From: an uncultured Candidatus Saccharibacteria bacterium
Lineage (GTDB): Bacteria > Patescibacteriota > Minisyncoccia > Phycocordibacterales > UBA9973
Direction: 5' to 3'
Length of the DNA: 64,000 bases
Assembly: GCA_964450735.1 (NCBI GenBank)
Contig: CAYVDC010000002.1
Location: 64,703-128,702, forward strand
In this document: piece by piece, positions 45,101-54,317 of the stretch
Layout: each line of letters starts with the position of its first letter
Position numbering within the stretch: the first letter of the stretch is position 1
Position numbers and translations under genes: made by a program
Notes under the pieces: model-generated
Seen by the model: the letters and a program-made list of their open reading frames with translations, nothing else
The model's database searches: none
What the model was told of the DNA's origin: nothing

Positions 45101-45406
45101 TTACCCTACCTGGCTCATGATTGCGTCTCGTTCTGCTTTGAGTCCTGCTGCTTCTTCGGCAACAATGGCCTCAAAGTTAGGTACTTCGCTGTTCATGAAA
45201 GCCAACAATTCATCAGGTGCAGTGTTTGTTGAGAGGAGAGATTCGAGCTTGTCCTGAGCCTGTTCGCTCATGCCTGGGGCAACGCGCAAGATTACTGCCT
45301 GGAATACCAAGCCACCGATTTTCTCAACAAGCGCATCCTGTTCTTCGGGAGTTGCGTTTTCGAGGTTGTAGGTTTTGATGAACATGTCGCGAAGTGTGGT
45401 ATCCAT
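45101..45406 (-). CDS. Small helical hypothetical protein (101 aa)
   Basis: MDTTLRDMFIKTYNLENATPEEQDALVEKIGGLVFQAVILRV..; first gene of the 36.2-45.4 kb co-oriented block; preceded by a 300-nt intergenic region. Confidence 0.45.
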   Translation of the reverse strand: MDTTLRDMFIKTYNLENATPEEQDALVEKIGGLVFQAVILRVAPGMSEQAQDKLESLLSTNTAPDELLAFMNSEVPNFEAIVAEEAAGLKAERDAIMSQVG

Positions 45407-45708
45407 ATATATTGTATGTTTCCGCCAAAGCGGAATGATTAGTGATTAAGTTGCTGGAATAAGTATATCACACCACAGTATTGGTACTATTGGGGTTTTG
45501 ATTGTTATCCACATCGTGGGGATTACTAAGTTGACTAGATGGGCGTCTCGCGATACCCTGGATGAGCTAGGCACTTTTTACTTCACATTCGCCCGGCCCA
45601 CCGCACACAGTTAGCAAAAAAGCCTTATATAACAAGGTTTTCTAGCATCCAGAACGACAGTAACGCATTTGACCTTATATTTCAATACTCATTTGGGTAT
45701 TTGGCCAT

Positions 45709-46923
45709 GTGCTTTTAGATAGGCTTATAGAACAAAACCCACAAGAACCTGGAGAATACGCCTTTGGCAAGCCTTCTCCGGCGAAAAAACCTTTATTTTC
45801 CAAGCTTTATCTCATAAAGCTTATTCTTTCGTCCCAAGTTATCCTTTCCTCTGTACTCTTTCCAGTACTGGCTCAGGCATCCTTTCTCTCTATATTAGGT
45901 ATTGGAGGCGATGCTCTCCCCGTTCAGGCTATTACAGCGTCAGCTACGCTTAACTCTCAAACCCTTGCTTTGCCGCAAGCGCAAGCAATTCTTGCATTAC
46001 AAAATCCAGACGAAGATACTGATCTCACTGTTGCAGATAATGCTCTCATCGCCGAAACAGGACCGCTTGGTACTCAGGCTGATGTAGTAGAAGATGAACC
46101 TGATGCAGCAGACATTTATACCTATGTTGTCCGAAACGGAGATACTTTGCCTGTTGTGGCAAAAATGCTCAATGTTTCAGTTGGAACCATCGTTTGGGCA
46201 AACGACCTGCCAAGCAAAAACGCAAAACTCACCCCAGGGCAGGTTCTCACTATTCTCCCTGTTTCTGGTATCTCATATACAATCAAGAAGAATGATACTG
46301 TTTCCTCAATCGCAAGAGCATTCAAGGTAGATGCAGATGAAATCGGACGTTTCAATGGACTTGAGTCTGATAGCAAACTTCAGTCTGGTGCAACTATCAT
46401 TATCCCAGGCGCAGAACTTGCTTTGCCAACAAATACTTCAACAAAAACTTCTGGCGGAACTTCTGGCGGAACCAAGACCAATTCACAGTTGCCGCTCGTT
46501 GCATATGGAGCTACTCGATACCTCCCTGGTCATGATGGTCCTGACCTAGGCGGCTACTTTATCCGACCAACGAAGGGATGTACTCGAACACAAGGTCTTC
46601 ACGGAGCAGATGGCGTAGATATCGCTTGTCCAAATGGAGTTGATACTCCGATATTGGCTGCGGCAAGCGGTACAGTCTTGATTGCGAAAAGTTCTGGATG
46701 GAATGGAGGCTTCGGTGAGTATGTGGTTATCAACCATTCAAATGGCTCTCAGACACTCTATGGACATATGAGCCGAGTAGATGTTTCTCCTGGACAAGTC
46801 GTTACACAAGGACAACTGATCGGACTCATGGGCGCAACCGGACGCGCAACTGGAAAGCATCTTCACTGGGAAGTTCATGGTGCTATGAACCCTGTCGGAA
46901 AAGATCCACGATACGGACTATAA
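45709..46923 (+). CDS. LysM-domain M23 family peptidoglycan endopeptidase
   Basis: N-terminal signal/TM. Two LysM repeats (YTYVVRNGDTLPVVAKMLNVSVGTIVWANDLP; YTIKKNDTVSSIARAFKVDADEIGRFNGL). M23 catalytic motifs HGADGVDIA...GYMSRV-type HxxxD and HLHWEV (HxH). Confidence 0.8.
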   Translation: MLLDRLIEQNPQEPGEYAFGKPSPAKKPLFSKLYLIKLILSSQVILSSVLFPVLAQASFLSILGIGGDALPVQAITASATLNSQTLALPQAQAILALQNPDEDTDLTVADNALIAETGPLGTQADVVEDEPDAADIYTYVVRNGDTLPVVAKMLNVSVGTIVWANDLPSKNAKLTPGQVLTILPVSGISYTIKKNDTVSSIARAFKVDADEIGRFNGLESDSKLQSGATIIIPGAELALPTNTSTKTSGGTSGGTKTNSQLPLVAYGATRYLPGHDGPDLGGYFIRPTKGCTRTQGLHGADGVDIACPNGVDTPILAAASGTVLIAKSSGWNGGFGEYVVINHSNGSQTLYGHMSRVDVSPGQVVTQGQLIGLMGATGRATGKHLHWEVHGAMNPVGKDPRYGL

Positions 46924-46937
46924 ATCGAAATAAAAAT

Positions 46938-46966
46938 AAAAACGCCTTCGGGCGTTTTTATTTTTC
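46938..46966 (+). terminator. Intrinsic terminator after the M23 peptidase gene
   Basis: aaaaacgcc-ttcg-ggcgttttt: an 8-9 bp GC-containing stem with a UUCG tetraloop and a T-run (approximate coordinates). Confidence 0.65.
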
Positions 46967-47016
46967 CTACAACCGCATTTCATTTTTCTTTCATGAGTTT
47001 TGTTTAGTATACATAT

Positions 47017-48552
47017 ATGTCATATGCTCGCATCAACAGCGCTCAACCGCACTTGCTTGAAGGAAAGATAGTTACTATCGAAGTGGATTTATCTCGAGGA
47101 CTGCATTCTTTTTCAATTGTCGGTCTTCCTGATAAAGCAGTTGAGGAGGCAAAAGACCGCATGAGCTCTGCAATCAAAAACAGCGGCCATGATTCACCGA
47201 AAGCCAAGAACCACAAAATTGTCATCTCGCTTTCTCCAGCAGATATCAAAAAAGAAGGCGCCTATTTTGATCTCGGCATGGCGCTTGGATACTTGCTTGC
47301 TGCTGAGGTTATCGAGTTTGATCCGGCAGGAAAATTATTTCTTGGCGAGCTCAATCTCTCAGGAGACATTTTGCCAATCAAAGGCACGCTCGCATTAGCA
47401 GAAGCTGCACGCAATGGCGGAATGAAAGAAATTTTTGTACCAATGAAAAATGCTGCAGAAGCTGCATTGATCGAAGGCCTCGTTGTGTACGGAGTGCAAA
47501 GCTTGAGGGAAGTGATTGATCACATAACATCCACCAAAAAGAAATCGAAACTAATAACCCCAACGCCAAAAACAGAAATCTCTGTTGCACCAAAGCAATT
47601 TTCTGTAGACATCAAAGAGATTCGTGGACAAGAAGGAGCAAAACGAGGACTAGAGATAGCGGCGGCGGGCGGGCACAATATTGCAATGTCGGGCCCGCCC
47701 GGAACTGGCAAGACGATGCTTGCTCGAGCGTTCATCTCGCTCTTACCGGAACTCACACTTTCAGAAATGCTCGAAGTTACTCGCATCCACTCTATCGCCG
47801 GCAATCTTGATGCCACGCTTGTCACGCACCCGCCGCTTCGTTCGCCGCACCACACTGCTTCGTATGTTTCTATTATTGGCGGCGGAACGATTCCTCGGCC
47901 AGGCGAGGTTACGCTGGCGCACAAAGGCGTGCTTTTCCTTGATGAGTTCCCTGAGTTTGAAAAGAGAGTGATAGAGTCGCTCCGCCAGCCGCTGGAAGAT
48001 AATGTTGTTACTATTTCCCGCGCACGAGGTTCTGCTTTGTTTCCTTCAAATTTTATTTTAGTAGCAGCTATGAATCCATGCCCGTGCGGATATCGAGGAT
48101 CGCGCATCCGTGCTTGTAGATGCAACGGCACGGACATGGCTCGGTATGGCCGCAAACTCTCCGGTCCGATTCTTGATCGTATTGATTTATGGGTAACAGT
48201 TGCGCCAGTTGAATATGAGAAGTTGATGGAGAATACAACAGAAGGAGAATCAAGCGATATGGTTCATGCAAGAGTTGCGCGTGCTCGTACGATCGCCAAA
48301 GAACGATTTGCTAATCACCCTAACAACATCCAAGCCAACTCAGACATGCGCGCCAAAGACATCGCAAAATATATAGTTCTTGGTGATGAAGTTAAAAAAA
48401 TTCTTCATGACAGCGCCAAAAAATTGCAGCTCTCAGGCCGTGCCTATCATCGAGTGATCAAATTGGCGAGAACGATCGCTGACCTCGCTGGTTCTCAGAC
48501 AATAGAAATTTCTCATGTGCTTGAAGCATTGCAGTATCGACCCAAGATATAG
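47017..48552 (+). CDS. comM: YifB/ComM-family Mg-chelatase-like AAA+ ATPase (competence protein ComM homologue)
   Basis: N-terminal Lon-protease-like domain (..GKIVTIEVDLSRGLHSFSIVGLPDKAVEEAKDRM..), Walker A GPPGTGKTMLA, Walker B VLFLDEFPEF, C-terminal Mg-chelatase ChlI-like tail; 511 aa. Confidence 0.85.
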   Translation: MSYARINSAQPHLLEGKIVTIEVDLSRGLHSFSIVGLPDKAVEEAKDRMSSAIKNSGHDSPKAKNHKIVISLSPADIKKEGAYFDLGMALGYLLAAEVIEFDPAGKLFLGELNLSGDILPIKGTLALAEAARNGGMKEIFVPMKNAAEAALIEGLVVYGVQSLREVIDHITSTKKKSKLITPTPKTEISVAPKQFSVDIKEIRGQEGAKRGLEIAAAGGHNIAMSGPPGTGKTMLARAFISLLPELTLSEMLEVTRIHSIAGNLDATLVTHPPLRSPHHTASYVSIIGGGTIPRPGEVTLAHKGVLFLDEFPEFEKRVIESLRQPLEDNVVTISRARGSALFPSNFILVAAMNPCPCGYRGSRIRACRCNGTDMARYGRKLSGPILDRIDLWVTVAPVEYEKLMENTTEGESSDMVHARVARARTIAKERFANHPNNIQANSDMRAKDIAKYIVLGDEVKKILHDSAKKLQLSGRAYHRVIKLARTIADLAGSQTIEISHVLEALQYRPKI

Positions 48553-48558
48553 TGACGC

Positions 48559-48594
48559 AAAACAAAAACCGCACTTGCGTGCGGTTTTTGTTTT
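48559..48594. terminator. Bidirectional intrinsic terminator (comM versus the DksA-like gene)
   Basis: aaaacaaaaaccgcac-ttgc-gtgcggtttttgtttt: a long near-perfect palindrome with U-runs on both strands (approximate coordinates). Confidence 0.65.
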
Positions 48595-48954
48595 TTATTG
48601 TTGTACGTGCTCGATCTTGGTGCGTGCTGCTGGATTTGCTCGCAATCGCTCGATGTCGATCTCTTCGCCAGAGACTTCGCAGATGCCATAACCGCCCTTT
48701 TCGATCTTCTCGAGCGCATCGTTAACATCTTTGAGTCGTGCCTCAAGGGTGTTCATGGTTGCAGTTCGTTCTTCATATCCCTGGAATCGGTCTGCCATGT
48801 CGTTTTCATCGGAGTCCTCTCCCACGTCTACTGGAGGAGGAACGGCCTCCCAGTCCTTGTTTGCGGGATTCATAATGCCGAGATTTCCGAGTTCGTCCAT
48901 AAGGACCTTCTTTTCTGCTTCGAGTTTTGTCTTGAATTCTTGTGTGTCTTTCAT
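48595..48954 (-). CDS. DksA/TraR-family protein (non-canonical zinc finger)
   Basis: 119 aa; coiled-coil N-terminus with acidic tip (..DVGEDSDENDMAD..); C-terminal ..GGYGICEVSGEEIDIERLRANPAARTKIEH.. resembles the DksA/TraR C4 finger but has only one Cys. Confidence 0.6.
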   Translation of the reverse strand: MKDTQEFKTKLEAEKKVLMDELGNLGIMNPANKDWEAVPPPVDVGEDSDENDMADRFQGYEERTATMNTLEARLKDVNDALEKIEKGGYGICEVSGEEIDIERLRANPAARTKIEHVQQ

Positions 48955-48977
48955 GTGCCTAATGGTAGCACGTTCTT

Positions 48978-49952
48978 TTAATGGCGCAAGGTATTGGCCG
49001 TGAGGCGGTTGAGGACTTCTTCAAGGGTGTCGGCATTGTTAGTGATGATAAGGGTGCTCTTGTCTTCACCGATAAATGTGTAGAACAATACGACATTTCC
49101 TTTGCTATCAAGCAGGGCCCGAGTGTCTTGGTTTTTGATTGTCTTGTCTTTGAATTGTGCAGCAAAGAGCGCGGCACCATCCCCAGAAACATCGATATTA
49201 AAGACATTATAGAGCTCGTCGAACATATGCTGTTCCCATTCCAGCATGCCTGCGAGAGCGGTTGTATATGAATTTGTCTTGAATGCAAAGAAGAGTCCGT
49301 TGCCATTGAAAGAATGAACAGCAAGCGTGTATGTTGGATCAAGCGATCTGACTAGTCGATCAGGTACAACTGATTCGATAGATTTGAAGAATTCTTCGGT
49401 GGTGAGGATGTGCTGAGCGCTTGTTCCTGTTTCCTGGGTAAAAGGCAGGATTCTTGCGATTGTGTTGATGGTCTGTGTCGCATTTTTGTATTGCAGCCCG
49501 ATCTGGGTGCGAACATTGTCGCGTGTGAGGCCGGTAATGTTCAATCCAGAAACAGAATCAACTTTGATGATGCTTGATGAGCCAGTAGGATTTTGAGTGA
49601 TCGGAACTGTTTGTGGAACGCTCCGATATAGGGCGTAGCCGATTATTCCTAAAGCAACAAAAACAATACAGAGTCCCCCGATTATATACATTCTGTTTTT
49701 GCCTGACTGAGGATCAACATTTTCTTTCTCTCGCTCGTTGCGCTCGTTTTCGGCCATGGCGATTTTGATAAGCGATCCCTCGCCGGACTTGATCGTGTCA
49801 GCTAAATCGCTTTGAAATGTTCGCAGTGTTTGCAGGTTTGCGTTTTTGCCGGTTAGGCCGAGCGGCGCGCGCGAAACCTCCGAAGAAACTGGAGTTTCTT
49901 TTTCCTCATCCACTCTACCGTTTAGTTTTGGCATGCCCTCGAAACCTTCCAT
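48978..49952 (-). CDS. Single-pass membrane protein with extracytoplasmic domain (324 aa), unknown function
   Basis: ATG start; cytoplasmic N-terminal about 85 aa, TM helix MYIIGGLCIVFVALGIIGYALY, then a roughly 220-aa domain; 23 nt upstream of the DksA-like gene. Confidence 0.5.
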   Translation of the reverse strand: MEGFEGMPKLNGRVDEEKETPVSSEVSRAPLGLTGKNANLQTLRTFQSDLADTIKSGEGSLIKIAMAENERNEREKENVDPQSGKNRMYIIGGLCIVFVALGIIGYALYRSVPQTVPITQNPTGSSSIIKVDSVSGLNITGLTRDNVRTQIGLQYKNATQTINTIARILPFTQETGTSAQHILTTEEFFKSIESVVPDRLVRSLDPTYTLAVHSFNGNGLFFAFKTNSYTTALAGMLEWEQHMFDELYNVFNIDVSGDGAALFAAQFKDKTIKNQDTRALLDSKGNVVLFYTFIGEDKSTLIITNNADTLEEVLNRLTANTLRH

Positions 49953-49985
49953 ATAGATACATCATACTCTATTTGGCATAAACAG

Positions 49986-50014
49986 AAAAATGCTCGATAC
50001 TATCGAGCATTTTT
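49986..50014 (-). terminator. Intrinsic terminator downstream of pnp
   Basis: aaaaatgctcgata / tatcgagcattttt palindrome, with a U-run on the minus strand (approximate coordinates). Confidence 0.5.
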
Positions 50015-50030
50015 CTTGGTCTGTGTGCAG

Positions 50031-52211
50031 TTATATTTTTGGTGCAGCTGACGGATTGATTAGTGCTGCTGGAGGTGTGGGCGGCTTGATGAAGTTAGGA
50101 TCTGCTTCTTTGATTGAGAATGAGATGCGTCCTTTTTCTTTATCTACGTTTACTACCTTCACTGGAACCTTCATTCCCTCTTTCAAAACATCGGCTACGC
50201 GAGCAACTCGGAACGGTGCGATTTCAGAAATATGCACAAGTCCGTCAGCGAATTCTGAGACTTTCACAATTGCTCCAACTTCGATGATCTTCACGACAGT
50301 GGCTTCAGTGATATCGCCAACTTTCCATTCGTGCGTCATTTCCTGAATGATTGCGAGAGCAGCATCAGCTGCTCCGTTCTTTCCAGAAACATAAATCGTT
50401 CCGTCGTCTTCAATAGTGATTTCAGCGCCAGTCTTTTCGCGAATAGCTTTCACTGTTTTTCCTCCTGAACCGATGATCAAACCAATCTGATCAACCTGTA
50501 CTTTTGCAACCAAGATCTTTGGAGCGTTTGGAGAAATATCAGGACGAGCTTTTGGAATTTCCGCTTCGATGACATCGAGGATCTGCATGCGAGCTTCGCG
50601 TGCTTGTGCAAGAGCTTCTTTCAAAGCCTTCACTGGAACTCCGCCGACTTTGATGTCGAGCTGGATTGCCGTGACGCCTTCGCGTGTTCCTGCAACTTTG
50701 AAGTCCATGTCGCCGTAGTGATCTTCCGGTCCTTGGATGTCGGTAAGGATTTTGTACTCTGTAGGATTTTCAACATTAAGAATAAGTCCCATGGCGATAC
50801 CCGCTACCGGGCGCTTGATTGGAACACCGCCATCCATGAGGGCAATTGATGATGCACAGATAGATGCCTGTGAAGTCGAACCGTTTGAAGCGGTTGATTC
50901 TGATACGACACGGATGGTGTACGGGAAATCCATCTTATCTGGGATCACGGGAGTGAGCGCTTTCTCAGCGAGCATTCCATGGCCCATTTCGCGGCGGTTC
51001 ATTCCGCCAACGCGTCCTGTTTCACCGGCAGAGTATGGAGGGAAATTGTAATGGTGCATGAAACGCTTGGTTCCACGGACTTCCATTCCTTCGATGACGA
51101 GTGCTGTTTCAGGTCCGCCAAGTGTAAGGATTGAAAGCACATGAGTCTGTCCTCGGTAGAAGATTCCTGTTCCGTGCAATACAGGTGAAATGCCTCCTGC
51201 TTTTGCATAGAGTCCTCGAACTTGGTTCATTGCGCGTCCATCAGCACGGCGATTTTCCTTGAGAGCTTTTTCATGCACGAGATCATCGAGTGCTGCTTCC
51301 AAATAATCTTTTGAGTGTGAAACAAGTTCTTCATTGTCTGGAAACTTTTCGGCGACGATAGTATTCCATTCGTGTTCAAGCTCAAGGAATTTTGTTTTTC
51401 CAAGTGTTGGGTCGTCTCCTTCTTTCAAAAAGATAGCGTCAGTTTTTGTTCCAACAGTTGCCTTAAAGAGATCGCTGACTTCAGCAGGCACTTCAGGTTT
51501 TGGGAATTCCAATTTCTTTTTGCCGAGCTCAGCAATGATTCCTTTCTGCCAGTTTTCGATTTCCGCGATGTGCTTCATTGCAAAATCAATGTAGCTACCG
51601 ACATCTTCTTCCTTGTCTTCGTATGCCATCGCTTCGATCATGACGACATTGCCGTCTTTTCCGCAAACCGTAAGATCAAGTTCATAATTTGTTTCGCCAG
51701 TGTTTGCAGCGAATGGATCGTACACAACTTCTGTTGATCCTTTCACTCGTCCGATATGCGCTGCGCCAACTGGTCCTGCCCATGGAATATCAGAAACTCC
51801 GAGTGCGAGTGACGCTGCGTTGATTCCCAAAACTCCTGGGTCGCATTTTCCAACTGAGAGAACAGTGACGATTACCTGAACTGCATTTTTGATGTGATGT
51901 GAGAACAATGGTCGGATCGTTCGGTCGATAATGCGTGATGAAAGCACGGCCTCATCTGACGGTCGTCCTTCTCGCTTGTTATATTGACCGCCGAGGATCA
52001 ATCCAGAAGCGTAAAACTTTTCCATGTATTCGACAGTGAGGTTAAAGAACCCTCGATTCTCTTTGCCGTCCTTTGAAATGACGACGTTCGCAAAAACGAC
52101 AGTGTCTTCACACTTGAGCATGACCGAGCCATTAGCCTGATCTGCCAAGTCAGAAAACACGGCAGTCATCACTTTTCCGCCCACTGTGAGCGTAAATTCC
52201 TTGCTATGCAT
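50031..52211 (-). CDS. pnp: Polyribonucleotide nucleotidyltransferase (PNPase)
   Basis: 726 aa; two RNase PH-like domains, KH (..IGLIIGSGGKTVKAIREKTGAEI..) and C-terminal S1 domain (..KVGDITEATVVKIIEVGAIVKV..); N-terminus MHSKEFTLTVGGKVMTAVFSDLADQANGSV typical of PNPase. Confidence 0.9.
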   Translation of the reverse strand: MHSKEFTLTVGGKVMTAVFSDLADQANGSVMLKCEDTVVFANVVISKDGKENRGFFNLTVEYMEKFYASGLILGGQYNKREGRPSDEAVLSSRIIDRTIRPLFSHHIKNAVQVIVTVLSVGKCDPGVLGINAASLALGVSDIPWAGPVGAAHIGRVKGSTEVVYDPFAANTGETNYELDLTVCGKDGNVVMIEAMAYEDKEEDVGSYIDFAMKHIAEIENWQKGIIAELGKKKLEFPKPEVPAEVSDLFKATVGTKTDAIFLKEGDDPTLGKTKFLELEHEWNTIVAEKFPDNEELVSHSKDYLEAALDDLVHEKALKENRRADGRAMNQVRGLYAKAGGISPVLHGTGIFYRGQTHVLSILTLGGPETALVIEGMEVRGTKRFMHHYNFPPYSAGETGRVGGMNRREMGHGMLAEKALTPVIPDKMDFPYTIRVVSESTASNGSTSQASICASSIALMDGGVPIKRPVAGIAMGLILNVENPTEYKILTDIQGPEDHYGDMDFKVAGTREGVTAIQLDIKVGGVPVKALKEALAQAREARMQILDVIEAEIPKARPDISPNAPKILVAKVQVDQIGLIIGSGGKTVKAIREKTGAEITIEDDGTIYVSGKNGAADAALAIIQEMTHEWKVGDITEATVVKIIEVGAIVKVSEFADGLVHISEIAPFRVARVADVLKEGMKVPVKVVNVDKEKGRISFSIKEADPNFIKPPTPPAALINPSAAPKI

Positions 52212-52402
52212 ATATATAGTATGTAAGTCCCCGGACTTTAGTATTGAAACCGGTGTTTCACTACTACCTGTCCGAGGGCTTACGGAGCTTAAAAAGCTTA
52301 ATTAATAACATTCAAAATATACCACACAAGCAAGAAAACTCAATCGACGGCTTATTTGACACTACCTATAGATAAAGCTATTCTAAAAAGAAAACAGAAA
52401 CC

Positions 52403-52957
52403 ATGAAAAACAGCGACAGAACTCCTTTCAAAAACCAACAACTTTTGGCAGAAAACGGATTTGTATTTGATCCATTCAACAACTTCCCGATAGATATTAA
52501 CTTATCGCGGGTGGAAGAATTTGAGAAAAAATCTTACCGTGAACTTTTTAACTTACTAAAAGTTACTAAAGATTCTACAAAACGCTTATTGCCCGAACAA
52601 CAAATCGAACGTGATGAGATAACAATGGCATTGTTTAACAACATAACAACTGCTGAGGTTGATCCCATTCCCGTGGATGCTCCATTGCTTGCAAAAGGTG
52701 ACATTGTGGAAGTAAAAAGACTTGAGGACAGAAAACTCAACCCAACGTTCCATAAGCCTATTGCAAATGAATTCTTCCAGGTAATACCTAGTAGATACCA
52801 ACGCCGTGCACGCCAGCTACTTCTTCTGACTGGGCATTATTCCCAGGTAAACAGAACTACCTATGTAGCAGTATGCGCAGCACAAGGAGAAACCCTTGAG
52901 CTCGAAGCGTATCAGTTTTTAGATTCGTTACAAGTCCCCCTTGAACAGGCGGCATAA
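52403..52957 (+). CDS. Hypothetical protein (184 aa)
   Basis: Clean ORF with no overlapping competitor; no recognisable motif. Confidence 0.45.
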   Translation: MKNSDRTPFKNQQLLAENGFVFDPFNNFPIDINLSRVEEFEKKSYRELFNLLKVTKDSTKRLLPEQQIERDEITMALFNNITTAEVDPIPVDAPLLAKGDIVEVKRLEDRKLNPTFHKPIANEFFQVIPSRYQRRARQLLLLTGHYSQVNRTTYVAVCAAQGETLELEAYQFLDSLQVPLEQAA

Positions 52958-53018
52958 AGTATAACTACAGCATAGTATCTCATTCATAGCCCTGCACAAC
53001 AGCGGGGCTATTTTTTAT

Positions 53019-53543
53019 TTGACAAAAGTGATACGTGTGATAGTTTGTAGAAAAAAGACTTCTATGATAATCCAACTAGCTACAACGATAACTTCCCCAA
53101 TACAATCTCCAATCTTGTTAATCGCTACCCCGGTCATTGCTTTCAATGGGACACTGAGCACAAAACGCTATCATAAATTCAAAAAAGAAATGGAAAGCAA
53201 AGGTTGCGACTTTTCTTTTTTTCAGAAGCCTTTGATCCACCGCATAAAACAAAACGGAAATTTCGGACTGTTTTATTCGCTTAATGGTTTGGAAAATAAA
53301 AAGATGCTCGCGATTTTCTGGCACAACCAATATGCTAAACACGGAGAACGCTTGGAGGCGTATATTACCGCACTTGCATCAATCGAGCAGATCGTAAAAA
53401 CCGGAACAGCTTTTGATGACGATGTGACCATCGCTGTCGATCTTGCTAACGTTTGCCTTGGCGAAAGCATCAATAAGCAACGTGAGTGGCTAGATTTCTT
53501 TGCCAACTCAAAACGCGGATACGAAGTGTATTCCAAAATTTAG
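53019..53543 (+). CDS. Hypothetical protein (174 aa; start uncertain)
   Basis: ORF with several candidate internal starts (MIIQ.., MESKG..); no recognisable motif. Confidence 0.4.
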   Translation: MTKVIRVIVCRKKTSMIIQLATTITSPIQSPILLIATPVIAFNGTLSTKRYHKFKKEMESKGCDFSFFQKPLIHRIKQNGNFGLFYSLNGLENKKMLAIFWHNQYAKHGERLEAYITALASIEQIVKTGTAFDDDVTIAVDLANVCLGESINKQREWLDFFANSKRGYEVYSKI

Positions 53544-53570
53544 ATTTACCTACAACAAGAACTATTATAT

Positions 53571-53598
53571 AAAAGGCCGTCGCATGCGACGGCCTTTT
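53571..53598. terminator. Bidirectional intrinsic terminator (174-aa gene versus the NYN gene)
   Basis: Perfect palindrome aaaaggccgtcgcatgcgacggcctttt (approximate coordinates). Confidence 0.65.
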
Positions 53599-53610
53599 CT
53601 TCTATCTCTA

Positions 53611-54114
53611 TTATCTTCCGAGCAGATACTTTTTGGGATTCTCTGACATATCAATGAAGTCATCAACGACTTCTTTTAATTTCATACTTGTAGATTTTCC
53701 AAATGAAATCACTTCTACCTGCGTCATTGTCTGGAGATATTGCACAAGTGGAATAAAGTCACCGTCGCCTGATGCGAGAATAATTGCATCGAGTCGCGGC
53801 GCCATCTTGATAGCATCAACTGCCATGCCGACGTCCCAGTCTCCTTTCTTTGCTCCTCCTGCAAAAACTTGCAGGTCTTTTGTTTTTGTCTCAATGCCCA
53901 TTTTGGTAAGAGCATCGAAAAAGTTTTTTTCATCTCCTGCTTCAGAGGTGATAACGTATGCGATCGCGCGAACGAGTTTTCGTCCCGCTACTGCGTCTTT
54001 CAAAATCTGTGCGAAGTTTACGCGCGCCTTGTATAAGTTTCTTCCGCTGTGATAGAGATTCTGTGTGTCGATAAAAAGTGCGACGCGCTGTTCTTTGTGT
54101 TTGATTGCTGACAT
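53611..54114 (-). CDS. NYN-domain (LabA/DUF88-like, PIN-fold) putative ribonuclease
   Basis: ..RVALFIDTQNLYHS.. (acidic active-site start), ..AIAYVITSE.., ..GDWDVGMAVDAI.., ..ILASGDGDFIPLV..: the conserved Asp pattern of LabA/NYN domains; 167 aa. Confidence 0.7.
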   Translation of the reverse strand: MSAIKHKEQRVALFIDTQNLYHSGRNLYKARVNFAQILKDAVAGRKLVRAIAYVITSEAGDEKNFFDALTKMGIETKTKDLQVFAGGAKKGDWDVGMAVDAIKMAPRLDAIILASGDGDFIPLVQYLQTMTQVEVISFGKSTSMKLKEVVDDFIDMSENPKKYLLGR

Positions 54115-54317
54115 AAAAATAAAATACTAATGAGTCCGTTTATAAAAAAATCGATTCTAAGTAAAGTATACAGGATTAATCTCTTTCCTACACTTTGTGG
54201 CTGCACGCGCTTTGTTGCTAAAACCTAATGTACCACGTCGTGCGCGGTGTTTGCCTAAAGGCAAACATAAAACCCGTCTGTCTGCGTGAGCAAAACTGAC
54301 GGGTTTTATGTTAGAGC

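Noticed and set aside
45530-45610. Cyclic-di-AMP (ydaO-type) or other riboswitch in the leader of the LysM-M23 peptidase gene
   Set aside because: These riboswitches are often upstream of cell-wall hydrolases, but I could not recognise the conserved pseudo-symmetric ACGGGG/GGGGA core elements by eye. A covariance-model search would be needed.
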